Assembly: GCA_963721455.1 (NCBI GenBank)
Contig: CAVRJG010000015.1
Coordinates: 96,001 to 160,000 of the forward strand
Length of the DNA: 64,000 bases
Reading direction: 5' to 3'
DNA from: an uncultured Methanosarcinaceae archaeon
GTDB lineage: Archaea > Halobacteriota > Methanosarcinia > Methanosarcinales > Methanosarcinaceae
Under the pieces are notes generated by a model that saw only the letters and a list, made by a program, of their open reading frames with translations, did not search any database and had not been told where the DNA came from. Position 1 is the stretch's first letter. The number at the start of each line of letters is the position of its first letter. A program made the translations under genes and the position numbers. Shown here one piece after another: positions 62,642 through 64,000 of this stretch.

Positions 62642-63802
62642 GGTCCATCTTTATCCGATTGATGTTTTAAAACACCTGAATGTCAGCAGTTCCTTTAAAG
62701 TCCATTTTGAGTCCGCAATTCCTGCTTCTCTTGCAGGTGTATTTTTGCATTCAACCCCTCTTTCATCTTTGTACCTTAATCCTCCATGCCCTCTACAGAA
62801 GTTAAAATGTGTGCAATAGAGCTTCATTTGATTTTCTAACCATTCTTTCACTTTTGAAAACCCTATCGTTTTCCTCGAAACTCTGTTGTTATCCTGTCTA
62901 AAAGTCAGGTTTTGTCTTTCAAGTAAAGTTGTTGAGATTTCACTTTGTTCAATGTCTTCTCCAAAGATGATTTTCTTCTCTACTTTCTCAAGTACCCCAT
63001 TTTTTCTTTTTTTGACTACCTGGGCATACCTCAAATCATCAGAGGGAACGATTTTTGGTTTTTTTGGTCTTCCTCTTTTCCCAGTTCTTGGGAACTCTCT
63101 CCAAAACTCCAAATTGTTTCAAAAGAGCTTCTCTATAAAATTTCAGTCCATCTGTGACAAAAACAGGGATTTTATCCGAAAGATGTTTATTAACTAACTC
63201 AACCAACTTGTCTGCAACATACTGTTTTCTTGGACCTATTACAAAGTCAAGTATTAGCCTGCAACCTGGTACAAAAGCTACCCACATCCACGGCCCATCA
63301 TCTTCATAATCTTTCCATTCGTGGAACTATTTTTTTTGGATTATTACCCATAGTTCGTCCATTTCTATCTTTGGCACTTCCAGGTTCTTCATCATATTGT
63401 CATTTACTTTATCACATTGTTCAGCTGCACGAGCTAACCATCGCTTTACACTGGCAGGTTGTACCTCTAAAACATCGGCAATGGCTTCAATGCTCATTCC
63501 TTTCATAGACATTTTTAGAGCTAAATCGATAGTTTTCTCATCTTTGCGAAGATCATGATAAAAAGTGTCTGTATGGTCGCAAAATGCTTTGCCGCAGTGA
63601 CGGCAAAGATATCTTCTTGTTTTTTCTCCACGACTTATGTAAGTTCCATTTCCAACAACATTGCCTTGACCAGTAAGGCCATGGAGCTCACAGTCTTTGT
63701 TCGGACAGGCAACGTCAGTAAATTGTGGTTTTGGACCTCTTTTCCCCATATAAATTTATATATGATTACTAATATATAATATCAATCAAATACAAATTGA
63801 CC
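62642..63802 (-). mobile_element. IS1-family insertion sequence (archaeal type)
   Basis: Imperfect TIRs GGTCCATCTTTATCCGATTGAT and GGTCAATTTGTATTTGATTGAT; InsA-like CPNKDC..CRHC zinc finger plus HTH; DDE fragments MDE, VTDG, ERQN; A8 run near 63330. Confidence 0.9.
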
Positions 63803-64000
63803 ATCTTTTCAGGTCGTCCACTGATACAGGGTTGGTGTTTTCAGGATAAAATACCCAACGCGACTTTTTGATTGGCGTTTTGATGCTTTTGCGACACGAT
63901 GGATCTAATCACGCAAAAGTCACGGGAAAATAATGATGGTAGAGGTTATTTCGATTACGCTGGAATTAGGACTTGCGTGGTTGAGGGATAAAATCAAGTA

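Noticed and set aside
62630-63812. Target-site duplication flanking the IS1
   Set aside because: Flanks TATAGAT and ATCTTTT are not an 8-9 bp direct repeat, so none is claimed.
63812-64000. GGTCGTCC as a second IS end (similar to the reverse-strand GGTCGTGG at 62530-62537)
   Set aside because: The match is only 6-8 bp, the ends face outward and no transposase is visible before the window ends.

Overview
Methanosarcina-type archaeal chromosome segment. The assignment rests on the amber/pyrrolysine mtmB, S-layer DUF1608 and PGF domains, and the trpCBADFEG gene order. Contents in order: (1) trp operon; (2) a 7.6-kb block with four co-oriented paralogous proteins built from a 23-aa helical repeat, interleaved with a candidate anti-SD sRNA, a secreted beta-helix/thioredoxin fusion and a PNPOx-like gene; (3) mtmCB with in-frame UAG; (4) Rieske and flavoprotein genes; (5) a type I R-M locus with intact hsdM/hsdR and an hsdS scrambled mainly in its two target-recognition domains; (6) Isf-like flavoprotein, two-subunit Fe-S fumarate hydratase, MFS/HdeD, tsr3, topA, beta-CASP nuclease, DUF460; (7) frameshifted S-layer/PKD/PGF surface protein, RIO2, Ca2+/H+ antiporter; (8) a three-gene GT4-toroid / GH130 / GT4-PMI mannose-glycan operon; (9) tRNA-Leu(TAA), a frameshifted PocR/multi-PAS histidine kinase and an IS1-family element. 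The best leads for undescribed biology are the 23-aa repeat paralog cluster, a set of apparent near-cognate start codons (ACG, ATT, ATC, ATA), the cytoplasmic mannoside operon and the sRNA candidate. Most frameshifts I could resolve are single +1 insertions in accessory genes and may be consensus artefacts. All family calls come from motif recognition; no database searches were run.
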